Source: a virus
Virus record (IMG/VR): IMGVR_UViG_3300032401_000002
Span: 64,001-128,000 of that record
DNA length: 64,000 bases
Direction: 5' to 3' (one strand)
Shown here in pieces: positions 10,005 through 19,804 of this stretch (the stretch's first letter is position 1; each line of letters begins with the position of its first letter). The notes beneath the pieces were generated by a model. It did not search any database and was not told the DNA's origin. It saw only the letters and a program-made list of their open reading frames with translations. A program made the translations under genes and the position numbers.

Positions 10005-10472
10005 TTAGGTAAGCGCCTGGGCAAAGGAGATAGCATCTCCCGAAGCGGTGCGAAGCACACACCGAACGAGGACTACATCGCCAAGCTGTTGGATGACTAC
10101 GTCTTCAATGCTGGCGAGGATCTCGCTGGAGTTGAAGGTGTTCTTGCCCCCGTACAGGAGCGTTTCTCGATTGAGTCGATCAAGCTGTTGCTGCTGGTAC
10201 CCTGTCAAGATCCTACGAACCTCGGCCTCGATGTTCAACAAGATCTCTCCCGACACCAGGTTTCCGATCTGTGAGTTGACCGAAGTACCATCCGGGAGTG
10301 TACCCCCGTCGAGGACGGAGCCGTAATCGGGATGGAAGGGATCGGTACCGCGAGGTTCGAGCAGCCAGTTCTTGAGATCCTGGACTAGCTTCTGCTGCCC
10401 CGTTACGGTGGCGAACCCCCCAGGCCCGGCGAAGTTGAGATCACCGTTCTTGACATGGAACGACCAAGACAC
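10005..10472 (-). CDS. Baseplate wedge/sheath initiator (gp25/GPW-like)
   Basis: 'KLVQDLKNWLLEPRGTDPFHPDYGSVL' is a typical gp25-like motif, and the gene lies immediately before J. Confidence 0.85.
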   Translation of the reverse strand: MSWSFHVKNGDLNFAGPGGFATVTGQQKLVQDLKNWLLEPRGTDPFHPDYGSVLDGGTLPDGTSVNSQIGNLVSGEILLNIEAEVRRILTGYQQQQLDRLNRETLLYGGKNTFNSSEILASIEDVVIQQLGDVVLVRCVLRTASGDAISFAQALT

Positions 10473-10511
10473 TATCTGTACCTTTCGTGGGTCATCTCTT
10501 ATAGGCCCGAT

Positions 10512-13500
10512 CTAGAGAAGCTGGTAGTAGTAGTTGGTGGTAGATGCATTCACGTCTTCTGTGAACCAGATGCGCGATCCGTCCTTCGAGATCATCGCGC
10601 TCGTGACGGTTCCGTCAACATAGTGCTCCCTGTAGCCTGTCCCGTCTATGTTCATAGTGATCGCCTTGCCACGCCCGGCCTCGGGCGGACGCAGCACGAA
10701 ACAGATGACATCAGTTTCGCTGACCGTGAGATAGTCTTGGTAGACGATTGCGAATGCGAGAGTCTGATCCGATCCCGTAGGATTGAAGAGCGTGACCATT
10801 CCAGTGCCATCCTTGTTGCAGCGTCTAACATTCAAAGTGGCGCTGTCGATGAAGACAACCTGCGTGGAGTCCGCTGACCATCCGGCCGCAACGGGATAGC
10901 CGTACGTGATCGGGGCATTACTCAGGATGACCGTCCTTGTGCCATTCTTGAGGCAGACTTCGAGATCCTGAAGGTTGCCTGACTTCTGCTGCCAGAGTAT
11001 AAGAGCGCTGGAGTCTGGGGCATAGCTGATGGGGCTATTACCCAAATCGGCTGTGACATTGATCACGGCAGACCCGATATTGTCATACAGCCAACTACTG
11101 ATAAATCCAACTCGATTGAACAGCCCCCACGTTCCGTCAGGGGCCAAAGCGCCCGCTCTCTCGTAAGGCACTGAGTTCTCCCAGTGGTTTCCGGGCGGTG
11201 CCGTCTGGAGGATCAGGGTCGAGCCGTCATTCCCGACATTCCACATCTTTCGGGCCGTACCCCCGGTATGCTCAAAGGGCTTGTTAACCCACTGCGTCGA
11301 GCCGTGCGCCGAGGCGTTCCAGCCGTAGTAGTCACTCGTAAGGAATGTATCACCAATCGTGTCATCGTAGACCGACCCATCTGGATTGAACAGCTTCACC
11401 AAAGAGTCTGGCGGGCCAGTCGTGTAATCCTCCACTATGACCTTATTCTGGCCGCTGACAAGACCAGTCAAGCCATTCACGTAGTCTCCATAGGTGACGA
11501 AGGTGCCGTCTGCGAGAACACCATCCGATAAGGTGTCATTGAGTACGAATGACCCATCATCGGCGATCTCGTTGAGGAAGTACGAACCGCTGACGTTCCC
11601 GACGAAGACGGGGTCGATACCACTACCAGCACTGCTAATGACTACGTCAGTCGCGTAACCTCCACCCGTCACAGCCACGTCGGCGACTTCGGCGAATGTC
11701 CTCGTGTCGATGACCACCAGGAGGTTGTCGTTACCATCAGCCAGCACAAGCCTGTCCGAGCTAAAGTATGGCTCGCCCGCTGGGTAGGTTGTCGTGATAG
11801 GAATGACAGTGTTGTCTGACAAGTCAAGCAAGTTGATCTGAGCGGAGTTGATGTTGTCGCTCGTCATGTAGGCACCCGTGGGGTCGAACACGAACTGGGT
11901 CGGGTAATCAGTCCACGGGATGTGCTGCTCAATCATCGTGTCTGTAGCGATGTCGATCACACAAATCTCACAAGCCGCTGATGCGTTCAGCAGCGCACGA
12001 GCGACGTAGATCTTCGACCCATCTGGAGACACAGCAATACAGTCATCGGGGAATATGCCATCTGCTCCGTTATCGCGAGTGTCAATGGTCGTAGTCACGG
12101 TATCAGTGCCAGTGTCGATGACGATGATGCGGCCATTGTTCGGGGCAACGAGGTAGAACTTGGTTCCATCGGGGCTGAAGACGCCTGGCCCGTTGCAGTA
12201 GAAGGCCAGCGTGATAGGTGATCCTACCGTCTGCGCTCCCACATCGATTGCCCTCAGTCTGTAGGTCGAGCCGGTACCCGTGGTGACATACATCTTGGTG
12301 GAGTCTGGACTGATGCATTTCGAGAACACCCCCTGCAAGTTCGCGATGGTGTACGTGTGCTCGATGGTGTCATCTATCAGGCTAACCTGCGAGATTTGGG
12401 CGTTATAGCTGCCTGAGAAAGCCTTGTAGCTGTTGGGCGAGAACGCCCAGCCATAGATGGACGAGTTGAGAGTCGTAATCGGCGATCCGAACGCTTGAGT
12501 CAGCGGATTGAATCTAACCAGGACACTTGTGCCATCCCCCGTATCTGCATAAAGATACGTCTTCGCCTTGTTGGGCGTAACCTGCATGTAGTTCCAGTAA
12601 GGCACCAGCCCCGAAACAATCGTGGACGTTACAGTGTTCGTAGCGAGGTCAACGACTGCGATAGCATCAGAGTTCTCGTCGGGCACGTATGCTGTGCCGC
12701 CCGCCGCCACTGCGCCCGCCGTCTCGTTCGAAGCAACGTAACCACTAGAGCCGAATGCGTTTGTGGCCTGCACTTCAGCGTAGATCTTCCAGCCGACATC
12801 CCAAAGCTCAGTAACATACGTCTGATTCGTCTGGCCGACGATCAGCGTTGCACCACCGGCTGGCTCGCTTCTGTAGAGGGCTAGGTCGCGTACGCGAACG
12901 TCCTGGATAGCTGAGAAGCTAGCGCCGCCTGCGTTCACAAGCTGTAGCACTACGAATGAGCAAGTCGGCTCGATGAGCATGTACGAGGGGACTATTGTGA
13001 AGTACCCTGTGTGAGTAACATCAAATGTGCTGAGCGGGGACACAGCAAGCTGGACGGCGTTGACATCGTACTGGAAGCACATCACCAGAGCGTTACCGAA
13101 AGCCGTGTGATTCTGATACAAGTCACCTGTCACATAGAGGTAGTCACCGACCCCAGTCAACGGAATGTCATTGGATGTCCACTTGCCGGGGTTCTCTCCG
13201 ATTGGCACGGTGAACCCAATATGTCGAATCCCGTAAGTCTGGAATGTGGTGTTCCCCATGAAGCCCTGTTCCTGGTTCCAGTTCTCAAGCTGGGCTGGCT
13301 TGAGTGCCACCCTTGAAGGCGCAAACGTTGATCGATACCACTTGTGGGTGTATGAAGTTGGGCCGTTGATCCAGCCCGAATGTCCAACGGTTATGGTCGT
13401 GCCAACGCCGCCCCCGCCAGTTAGAACCGGAGGCGTCACATTGACAGGAGCAGCCCCAGCGCCAACAAGTGTCAAGAGGTTGGAGAGATGTGAGTACCCA

Positions 13501-13913
13501 CCACCGATGGCGTTGTAGGCTCGGATGACACACCTGACCACGTCCCCCAGTTGGGCACCGATATTGGGTAGGTAGATGAAGGAGTTGGTCTCGCCAGTCG
13601 AGGCTCCGTTCACGTACCAGTGGTATGTGTAGAACGTCGGAGAGTTAGTCCATATTCCGGGATCAGCGTACAACGTGCTGTACGTGTGTGGGATCGTGTC
13701 ACCGTCTGCGTAGATGACTGCACCGGAATCGTACAAGGGCACACCACCGGGGTTGGGGCCAAACTCGTTCGGGTCGCTGGGTCGGCTACGTCCGAAGATT
13801 GTTTCTGTAGGAAGCTCCTGGAAGTCAGCGTCCTCTTCGGAAAGGCTAGCGTCGGAGTACGGATCGACTGTGCCGAATGCTGGAGAGGGATGTAGACCTT
13901 GTACGTTGGTCAT
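10512..13913 (-). CDS. Large receptor-binding/tail appendage protein: Ig-like domains + YVTN-type and TolB-like beta-propellers
   Basis: 1133 aa. It has Ig-like 'PVNVTPPVLTG...TSYTHKWYR' segments, repeated 'SPDGTKFY/SPDGSKIYV/VIDTGTDTVTTTI' blades, and C-terminal 'WSADSTQVVF...SKDGSRIWF'. Confidence 0.75.
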   Translation of the reverse strand: MTNVQGLHPSPAFGTVDPYSDASLSEEDADFQELPTETIFGRSRPSDPNEFGPNPGGVPLYDSGAVIYADGDTIPHTYSTLYADPGIWTNSPTFYTYHWYVNGASTGETNSFIYLPNIGAQLGDVVRCVIRAYNAIGGGYSHLSNLLTLVGAGAAPVNVTPPVLTGGGGVGTTITVGHSGWINGPTSYTHKWYRSTFAPSRVALKPAQLENWNQEQGFMGNTTFQTYGIRHIGFTVPIGENPGKWTSNDIPLTGVGDYLYVTGDLYQNHTAFGNALVMCFQYDVNAVQLAVSPLSTFDVTHTGYFTIVPSYMLIEPTCSFVVLQLVNAGGASFSAIQDVRVRDLALYRSEPAGGATLIVGQTNQTYVTELWDVGWKIYAEVQATNAFGSSGYVASNETAGAVAAGGTAYVPDENSDAIAVVDLATNTVTSTIVSGLVPYWNYMQVTPNKAKTYLYADTGDGTSVLVRFNPLTQAFGSPITTLNSSIYGWAFSPNSYKAFSGSYNAQISQVSLIDDTIEHTYTIANLQGVFSKCISPDSTKMYVTTGTGSTYRLRAIDVGAQTVGSPITLAFYCNGPGVFSPDGTKFYLVAPNNGRIIVIDTGTDTVTTTIDTRDNGADGIFPDDCIAVSPDGSKIYVARALLNASAACEICVIDIATDTMIEQHIPWTDYPTQFVFDPTGAYMTSDNINSAQINLLDLSDNTVIPITTTYPAGEPYFSSDRLVLADGNDNLLVVIDTRTFAEVADVAVTGGGYATDVVISSAGSGIDPVFVGNVSGSYFLNEIADDGSFVLNDTLSDGVLADGTFVTYGDYVNGLTGLVSGQNKVIVEDYTTGPPDSLVKLFNPDGSVYDDTIGDTFLTSDYYGWNASAHGSTQWVNKPFEHTGGTARKMWNVGNDGSTLILQTAPPGNHWENSVPYERAGALAPDGTWGLFNRVGFISSWLYDNIGSAVINVTADLGNSPISYAPDSSALILWQQKSGNLQDLEVCLKNGTRTVILSNAPITYGYPVAAGWSADSTQVVFIDSATLNVRRCNKDGTGMVTLFNPTGSDQTLAFAIVYQDYLTVSETDVICFVLRPPEAGRGKAITMNIDGTGYREHYVDGTVTSAMISKDGSRIWFTEDVNASTTNYYYQLL

Positions 13914-14623
13914 AGGTGACCGTACCCAACTACAGTGTCGAGATCGTCAAATGTCCAGCCTGGTAGACCATGGCCAACAACAACTGCTGCATCGTCACTG
14001 CCCTGACCGATGATGCCTCGACCGACAACAACTGCTGCGTCATCGTTGGCGTAGATCCAAGCCTGGTATGTAACCACGAGAGAGCCTGCTCCCATGGTGG
14101 AGTAGAAGTTGATCACGCGACCTGTCGGATCGGCGTTGTAGTCCGTGAACCACAACTCGGGTGAAACGGTCATCCCGTTCAAGACTGGGTGAACGCACAA
14201 AGGCCCGACTGGCTCGGAAGCCAACGTGAACGTTGTGAATCCAGTGCCATTGTAGAATGTGTCCTTGACAGTTGGTGCGATCCCTCGACCGTTCATCTCG
14301 GTGCGCTCCATCTGAATGTGGAATGTGCCGTCTGACTGCACGCGCGTGTCTCCAGGGGCCATGTTGTCCATGACGAACTCGTGCTGGACTAGGTCGTCTA
14401 GCTTGGCTTCGAGATGCCAGACCCATCCCTGTCTCTTGGCCGTCCATCGCTCTCCCTTATTGGGAACACGAAGAAGACCACCTGGGGATTCACGGAAGCT
14501 GGCGATGAACGGAGCCTTGGTCTTGTCGAAGCAGTGGGTCATGCGGGTTGAGATATCGATGTCATCGATCTCCAAGACGATGTAGTCCTGACCAGGTGTG
14601 GCTGTTCGCTGCTGAGTAGCCAT
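13910..14623 (-). CDS. Baseplate-region protein (possible spike-related) with DDAAVVVGxG repeats
   Basis: 237 aa, between the hub and gp25-like genes, with three C-terminal repeats. Confidence 0.5.
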   Translation of the reverse strand: MATQQRTATPGQDYIVLEIDDIDISTRMTHCFDKTKAPFIASFRESPGGLLRVPNKGERWTAKRQGWVWHLEAKLDDLVQHEFVMDNMAPGDTRVQSDGTFHIQMERTEMNGRGIAPTVKDTFYNGTGFTTFTLASEPVGPLCVHPVLNGMTVSPELWFTDYNADPTGRVINFYSTMGAGSLVVTYQAWIYANDDAAVVVGRGIIGQGSDDAAVVVGHGLPGWTFDDLDTVVGYGHL

Positions 14624-17151
14624 TACGCTGCACCCACCGTGTTGATGTTGCCAGCCAAGGCAAAGCCAGGCATCTCAGTGCGGTCGTTGTTCGTCCTGGT
14701 TAGGGCTGGTGATGTCATGACGGCGCTAGTCTGGAATCCGCTAGAGTAGTCGAACGTGTGTGTGACGGAGTCGCAATACATCTGAAGGTCATGGTCGGGG
14801 AACTCGATCAGACCCCCGGCCATCACTTCGGGCTGGAAGGTGAACTCGACCGATGTAGCGAAGGTACTAGCCCACAACTGCATGAAGCGCTGCCACGCCA
14901 ACAAGAACTCGTACGCCGTGTTGCGGATGAGAGGTTGTTCTTCCTTGTGCGGACGCGCTCCGTAGTGCTGGAGGAACTGCCAAGCATCCTGGAGCCGTCC
15001 CAGCTTGGCGTCCTTGGTCTGTCCCTTGTGATCCTCGTATGGCTCGATGAATGAGTTGAGCATGAATGCCTGGGTCAACGTAGCTACGCCTCGCGTGCTG
15101 GCCTCGTCTAGCCAATCGACCTTGCCATCGAGCGCGAATGTGTCCCCTACCACGTAGACGTGTGTCGCCAGAGCGTCGTCGTTCAACTGGATACCCATGT
15201 TGATGATCTCGATGTCTTCGATCTTCCAGTAGGGCTTCCGCGTCACCCCAAAGTAGTCAGGGTAGAAGGCCAAGAAGCGCCCATCGGGCATCGACCTGAA
15301 TGTCCGCATGCTTGCCTGAGCGAACTGCTTCACACCTTCTAGACACGACACGTCGTTCATTAGAGCACGGTTGCCCGTCAGGAACTTGGATTCGATGCGG
15401 TTCGACGGGAATGCGAAGTTGGCTGCGAAGGCTGCGTTGGCTGAGAAGGCCGCAAGCTGTTCGAACGATACGCCACCGCTACTCGTACCCGCTGGTGCAG
15501 ACGTATCTCCTTCTTGGGTCTGACCCTTGCTCGGCTTGGTTGACTGCTGGATCAACACGGCGTCTACGAGCTTGGTTGGCGCGGGCGGGCCATTGGCGAT
15601 CACACCTTTACGCATGATGGTCACCTTGCCACTTAGCGTGAGTCGAACCATGTCAAGTGACGAGTCTCCCGCCAGTCCATTGAAGAACTTCTTGAGAGCC
15701 GCCGCGTCTGTTGACGAGACGGCGATGTTGTCCTTGTCTTGGTTCAGACTGATCAGTTCGAGCTTGGTGGAGGACTTCTTCGCGCGCTGAAGGAGCGCTG
15801 CCAGCCAAGGCTGATGACTCTTGTACTTGACCTTGGCAACCTGCTTCTCCTTGTCTGTCATCAGTTTCTGAATCGCTGGCGTATCGAAGCTGACATTGGA
15901 GGGATCGACAGTCGTGCTGGGGACATTCTTGGGCGCGACCACGACACTCTGCGAGGCGTATTGCTTGGCCTTGTTGAAGGCTACGGTCATGTCCTTCTTG
16001 GGGATGGGCCTTCCGAGAGCCTTCTCGATCCACTGCTTGATCTTGGTGAGGTCGTTGCTCTTTGCGCCCTGGATGAAGTTGGCCTGGACAGCCTTCAAGC
16101 GCTTGCAGAAGAGTTGCGAAGCCAAACCAGCGTCCATCAGATCCTTGACGGGATGCCCGTCGATCTCGATGAGCGGCTTGAAGGTTACGTTGTTGGCGAA
16201 AGAGTTGGTGGGGCGCATAGCGTACAATCCATATCCGTACAGTTCACCCTCACTCTTCTCATGGCTGTAAGCAGCCTTGTACCCACTCAGCACATAAGCC
16301 GCAAGGGCTGGCACAAGAATCGGGATGCCAATCGAGTCTGCCTGCTGCTGAATAGCCTTGAAGATCTTCTGAGCCTGCGGTGATTCCGGCGCATTGCCAT
16401 CAGAAGTCGGGGAGGCATTGTCGTCAGCGGCAGAGTATCCAGGTACGCCCATGGCCTGTCCAAGGAACTGCTGTAGGTTCGAGATGTCTGTGTTCACGTC
16501 ACCGTGTACGTCTTCATAAAGCTGGGCAGCCTTCTTGGGTAGATCTGAAGGTAGCTCGGATATCAACACGTCATTAGCTCCCCACCCAGCGATGTCGATC
16601 ATGAATCGACCCAATAGCTTAGCGAATCCTCCGTCATGCATTGCACCCGTATCCACACCAGTGCCGCCCACCTTGACCCCACCGAAGTTGTACGTAGCGC
16701 TCTGCGCTTCTCCAGTTGCTGCATCGTAGACCCAGTTGCCATCCTGAGACAACACCCACTGGTTGAAGAACTCCAAACCTGGATCGAACCAAGTGAACGC
16801 GAGTCGCTTCAGGGTGCAAGACGCAGTGAAGCTCGCGTTGCCGGGGTAGCCTTGGTAGTACGGGACAGAGTTGAGGTAGCCAGTGAAGACCTGGATCGGG
16901 CGACCAGCCACTCGCTGCATCCAGATCGTTACGAGATCCATCGGAAGGAAGATCGACTTTCTGCCTGACTCGTCATCCCTGAGCCACTTCTGGTATCTGT
17001 TGCGAAGCTCGAAGTTCGCGGTTGACAAGTCTCCCATGTTCTGAGTCACGCTGCCGCTCACCACGTCGGAAGACACGTCGTAGATCCGCCCGTCGAGATT
17101 GCTCGACCGGATGAAGATGTAGACTTTGGGTGCGTAGATTAGTCGCTTCAT
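14623..17151 (-). CDS. Baseplate hub protein
   Basis: 842 aa with N-terminal 'YDVSSDVVSGSV...STANFELRN...QVFTGYL' and C-terminal 'MYCDSVTHTFDYSSGFQT' hub-type architecture around a large insertion. Confidence 0.7.
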   Translation of the reverse strand: MKRLIYAPKVYIFIRSSNLDGRIYDVSSDVVSGSVTQNMGDLSTANFELRNRYQKWLRDDESGRKSIFLPMDLVTIWMQRVAGRPIQVFTGYLNSVPYYQGYPGNASFTASCTLKRLAFTWFDPGLEFFNQWVLSQDGNWVYDAATGEAQSATYNFGGVKVGGTGVDTGAMHDGGFAKLLGRFMIDIAGWGANDVLISELPSDLPKKAAQLYEDVHGDVNTDISNLQQFLGQAMGVPGYSAADDNASPTSDGNAPESPQAQKIFKAIQQQADSIGIPILVPALAAYVLSGYKAAYSHEKSEGELYGYGLYAMRPTNSFANNVTFKPLIEIDGHPVKDLMDAGLASQLFCKRLKAVQANFIQGAKSNDLTKIKQWIEKALGRPIPKKDMTVAFNKAKQYASQSVVVAPKNVPSTTVDPSNVSFDTPAIQKLMTDKEKQVAKVKYKSHQPWLAALLQRAKKSSTKLELISLNQDKDNIAVSSTDAAALKKFFNGLAGDSSLDMVRLTLSGKVTIMRKGVIANGPPAPTKLVDAVLIQQSTKPSKGQTQEGDTSAPAGTSSGGVSFEQLAAFSANAAFAANFAFPSNRIESKFLTGNRALMNDVSCLEGVKQFAQASMRTFRSMPDGRFLAFYPDYFGVTRKPYWKIEDIEIINMGIQLNDDALATHVYVVGDTFALDGKVDWLDEASTRGVATLTQAFMLNSFIEPYEDHKGQTKDAKLGRLQDAWQFLQHYGARPHKEEQPLIRNTAYEFLLAWQRFMQLWASTFATSVEFTFQPEVMAGGLIEFPDHDLQMYCDSVTHTFDYSSGFQTSAVMTSPALTRTNNDRTEMPGFALAGNINTVGAA

Positions 17152-17930
17152 CAGTGAAGTCCGAACTTCTTCTTCTCGGCTAAGTTAGCCGCAGCCTTCT
17201 TGGCCTTGGCAGTCTCCGCAGCCGTCTCTCCGATGTGAGGCGTGGGGTTCGTGAACGCTCCGAAGACCTGACGATAGGTGATCTTGCGATCAATGGCCTG
17301 GACAATGTCTTCTCGACCGCGTGTGTAGTCGAACAAGACCTTACAAGTTAGGGTGAAGGCGGGAGCGTTCTTGAAGCGCTCATGACCAGCCTCCATGTGA
17401 GTGATGGCGATCTTGTACTTGACCGGCCGGAAGTGATCGAAAGCATTGGGGTTCGGGGGTTTGAACATAGCGAAGTCCACTGCTTGGAAGTCGCTGCCAG
17501 TGTACTCGGTGGCGCTCAGGATCGAGTGCTGATGATGCACGACGTAGCGCACGAGCTTATCGTACTCGTACTGGTTCGCCATCTGTCCTTCGACAACCAG
17601 ATCGCTCTGGCTCAAGTGGCGAGGGTAGTACGATCTTGACGTGTGAGTCTGTGCGTACTCTCCCGCCACTGCCCACCCAGTCGTGAACCGATCCACGAAG
17701 AGGTAGATCTTGTGGAGGCTCTGATTGTCTGATGCCAGATTTGTCAACGACGCATTGGCGTTGTTCTCCGTGGCGGGGTAGTGGGGTAGCTTGTTGAAGA
17801 ATCCCTGACCTCGGGCCAGGAACGCAGGCGGTGGCTGACCTGATGCTTCCATCGAGAAAGACGAGTCACCAAACTTGTTGACCTTGCCCTTGGCTACCTT
17901 CTTCTTCTTGTTGACGCCCTCAATAGCCAT
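17151..17930 (-). CDS. Tail tube initiator/baseplate-associated protein
   Basis: 259 aa, translationally coupled between the tail hydrolase and hub genes. Confidence 0.5.
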   Translation of the reverse strand: MAIEGVNKKKKVAKGKVNKFGDSSFSMEASGQPPPAFLARGQGFFNKLPHYPATENNANASLTNLASDNQSLHKIYLFVDRFTTGWAVAGEYAQTHTSRSYYPRHLSQSDLVVEGQMANQYEYDKLVRYVVHHQHSILSATEYTGSDFQAVDFAMFKPPNPNAFDHFRPVKYKIAITHMEAGHERFKNAPAFTLTCKVLFDYTRGREDIVQAIDRKITYRQVFGAFTNPTPHIGETAAETAKAKKAAANLAEKKKFGLH

Positions 17931-19804
17931 TAGATGGGTAGCACCTGGAATCCTGTTGCCGAAGCCTTGCGCCCAGACGACACGTTGCCCCAGGTAGTCT
18001 TGTGCGGCGTTCCGCTGCCATGGGAGAACATGAGCGTGTTGTCTCCACGGAACTGCTCCAGAAGCATGTCTACGTGGACGGTGTTGCTAGCGGGGCCATA
18101 GATGATCAGGTCACCGGCCTTGAGCTTCTCAAGAGGCTGAATCTTGCTCCTGAAGTTGTTGTACATGCTTCCCGTGTACGAACCATTGAAGGTGCCGCCT
18201 GATCCAGTAGCGTACGCCCTGTTCTTGTTAGTGCCCCAGCAATAAAGGAGAGCAACCGAGTTGGAACAGTCGGAGACAGTGAGCGCCGAGAAGTCTCCAG
18301 GCGCGATGTTCTCGACATCCTTACGGCCTGCCTGGTCGTAGGTCGGCTTGCCGTTCTTGTCGCCGTAGGCGATGAACTTGTAGGCCCAGTTGATCACCGA
18401 CAACCGGACTCCACTGGCTGCCCCTGCGGGAGCGCCCGCGTCAGCAACGACAGTAGCATTGGCTCCCATGACCAGATTGGCGTACTTGAGTGTATCTGCG
18501 TTGCGCGTACTGCCTGCCACCCAAGTTTGGAGACCTTCAAGTGGAGGATTCGTATAGGGGTTTCCCGACTTGAGTGCCCCGATCACATCTGGGTAGTTGC
18601 CATTGTTGATCGTCTTAGCGGTGTACTGAGCGCCAAGCTCTCGGGTGGGGTAAGCTGCGATGTGTGCTCCATTGGAAGAGATGAAGCCGGGGTACTTGGC
18701 GTAATCTTGTGTAGAGTTCATCCAGTTGTTGCCCGCTATCTGCCTTGCTTGATCCGCGCCTTCAATGCGGCCCCACCCAGCCAGGAAGGCAAGGTTCTCC
18801 TTTGTGATGGGCCACCCACCAGCTTTCAGAGTCGCTTCAACCCAAGGTGCGGCCTGAACCCCAGACTTGACGGTGTAGGTCGAAGTACCTCCGGTGCTTG
18901 TGGCGAAACCAGGAGCACCACCGAGGTAGGTTGTGCCGAAGAGCTTCATGTAAGCCGCGTCCACGTCCTTGGGGAGCGCGTCATTGTTGAGCAAGCTGTT
19001 GAAGCCGAAGTTGGCGAAGTCGCCCGTGCTCCACGCTGCCACTAGCCCCTGGAAGTTGTTACCCATCGTTCGAGCCAGGTCTGCCGCCTGACCTGAGATC
19101 TCTGGGTTGAGGAACGGGTTCTTCGAGTTACCATCCTGTCCGAACACCCCTTGAGTGTTCTTGAAGGTCTCGCTGTTGCCAAAGGCAGACATACCGATCT
19201 TGGCTAGTAGGTTCTGATTGGTGAGGTTGTCTGTGAAGGAGTGCATCGTGATGCCTCGGAAGAAGTTGAGGGCGTTGTCGTCTACGATCTCAGCGGTGAT
19301 CGACCACTCGGGTGCATAGACAGACTTGTCGTACGAGAACCCACTAAGGTTCGTCACCTGGATGTAGAAGTCCCAGCCTCGCTCGGGGTACTGAAAGAGA
19401 ATGGCTCGCTCGTCACGCAGACGTTGGCCTTTGATATCGGCTCCCGATCCCTCCATGTAGGAGTGGAACCAAGAGATGATGTCGTACATCTCGTCATTGG
19501 GGTTGTACGATTCATAACCTCCACTGGAGAGATACCCCTTCACCTTGGGCTTGGGGTTTCCACCGTCTACGCGCATGCCCGCCGTCTGACCCGTGATCGT
19601 GATCGGGCCAACGTAGGTTGACAAGATCTGCGTGACCTCTCCACCAATGGTTGGGATAGTGGCCGTGTTGAGTTCGTACGTCCACTTGATCGAGTTGGCA
19701 CCCGAATGGATGTACAAGTTCTTCTTGATGCGAGGGTGACTGAAGATCAGCGTGGCCCCCTTATCCAAGAGGAGCTTATCTTGACCCGTTAGAGGAGGAC
19801 TCAC
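17930..19804 (-). CDS. Tail-associated peptidoglycan hydrolase (lysozyme-like middle domain + C-terminal NlpC/P60)
   Basis: 'YDQ...SDCSNSVALLY...GDLIIYG...HVDM...SH' matches the NlpC/P60 Cys/His pattern. 'FLAGWGRIEG...NNWMNST' is a lysozyme-like segment. Confidence 0.75.
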   Translation of the reverse strand: MSPPLTGQDKLLLDKGATLIFSHPRIKKNLYIHSGANSIKWTYELNTATIPTIGGEVTQILSTYVGPITITGQTAGMRVDGGNPKPKVKGYLSSGGYESYNPNDEMYDIISWFHSYMEGSGADIKGQRLRDERAILFQYPERGWDFYIQVTNLSGFSYDKSVYAPEWSITAEIVDDNALNFFRGITMHSFTDNLTNQNLLAKIGMSAFGNSETFKNTQGVFGQDGNSKNPFLNPEISGQAADLARTMGNNFQGLVAAWSTGDFANFGFNSLLNNDALPKDVDAAYMKLFGTTYLGGAPGFATSTGGTSTYTVKSGVQAAPWVEATLKAGGWPITKENLAFLAGWGRIEGADQARQIAGNNWMNSTQDYAKYPGFISSNGAHIAAYPTRELGAQYTAKTINNGNYPDVIGALKSGNPYTNPPLEGLQTWVAGSTRNADTLKYANLVMGANATVVADAGAPAGAASGVRLSVINWAYKFIAYGDKNGKPTYDQAGRKDVENIAPGDFSALTVSDCSNSVALLYCWGTNKNRAYATGSGGTFNGSYTGSMYNNFRSKIQPLEKLKAGDLIIYGPASNTVHVDMLLEQFRGDNTLMFSHGSGTPHKTTWGNVSSGRKASATGFQVLPI

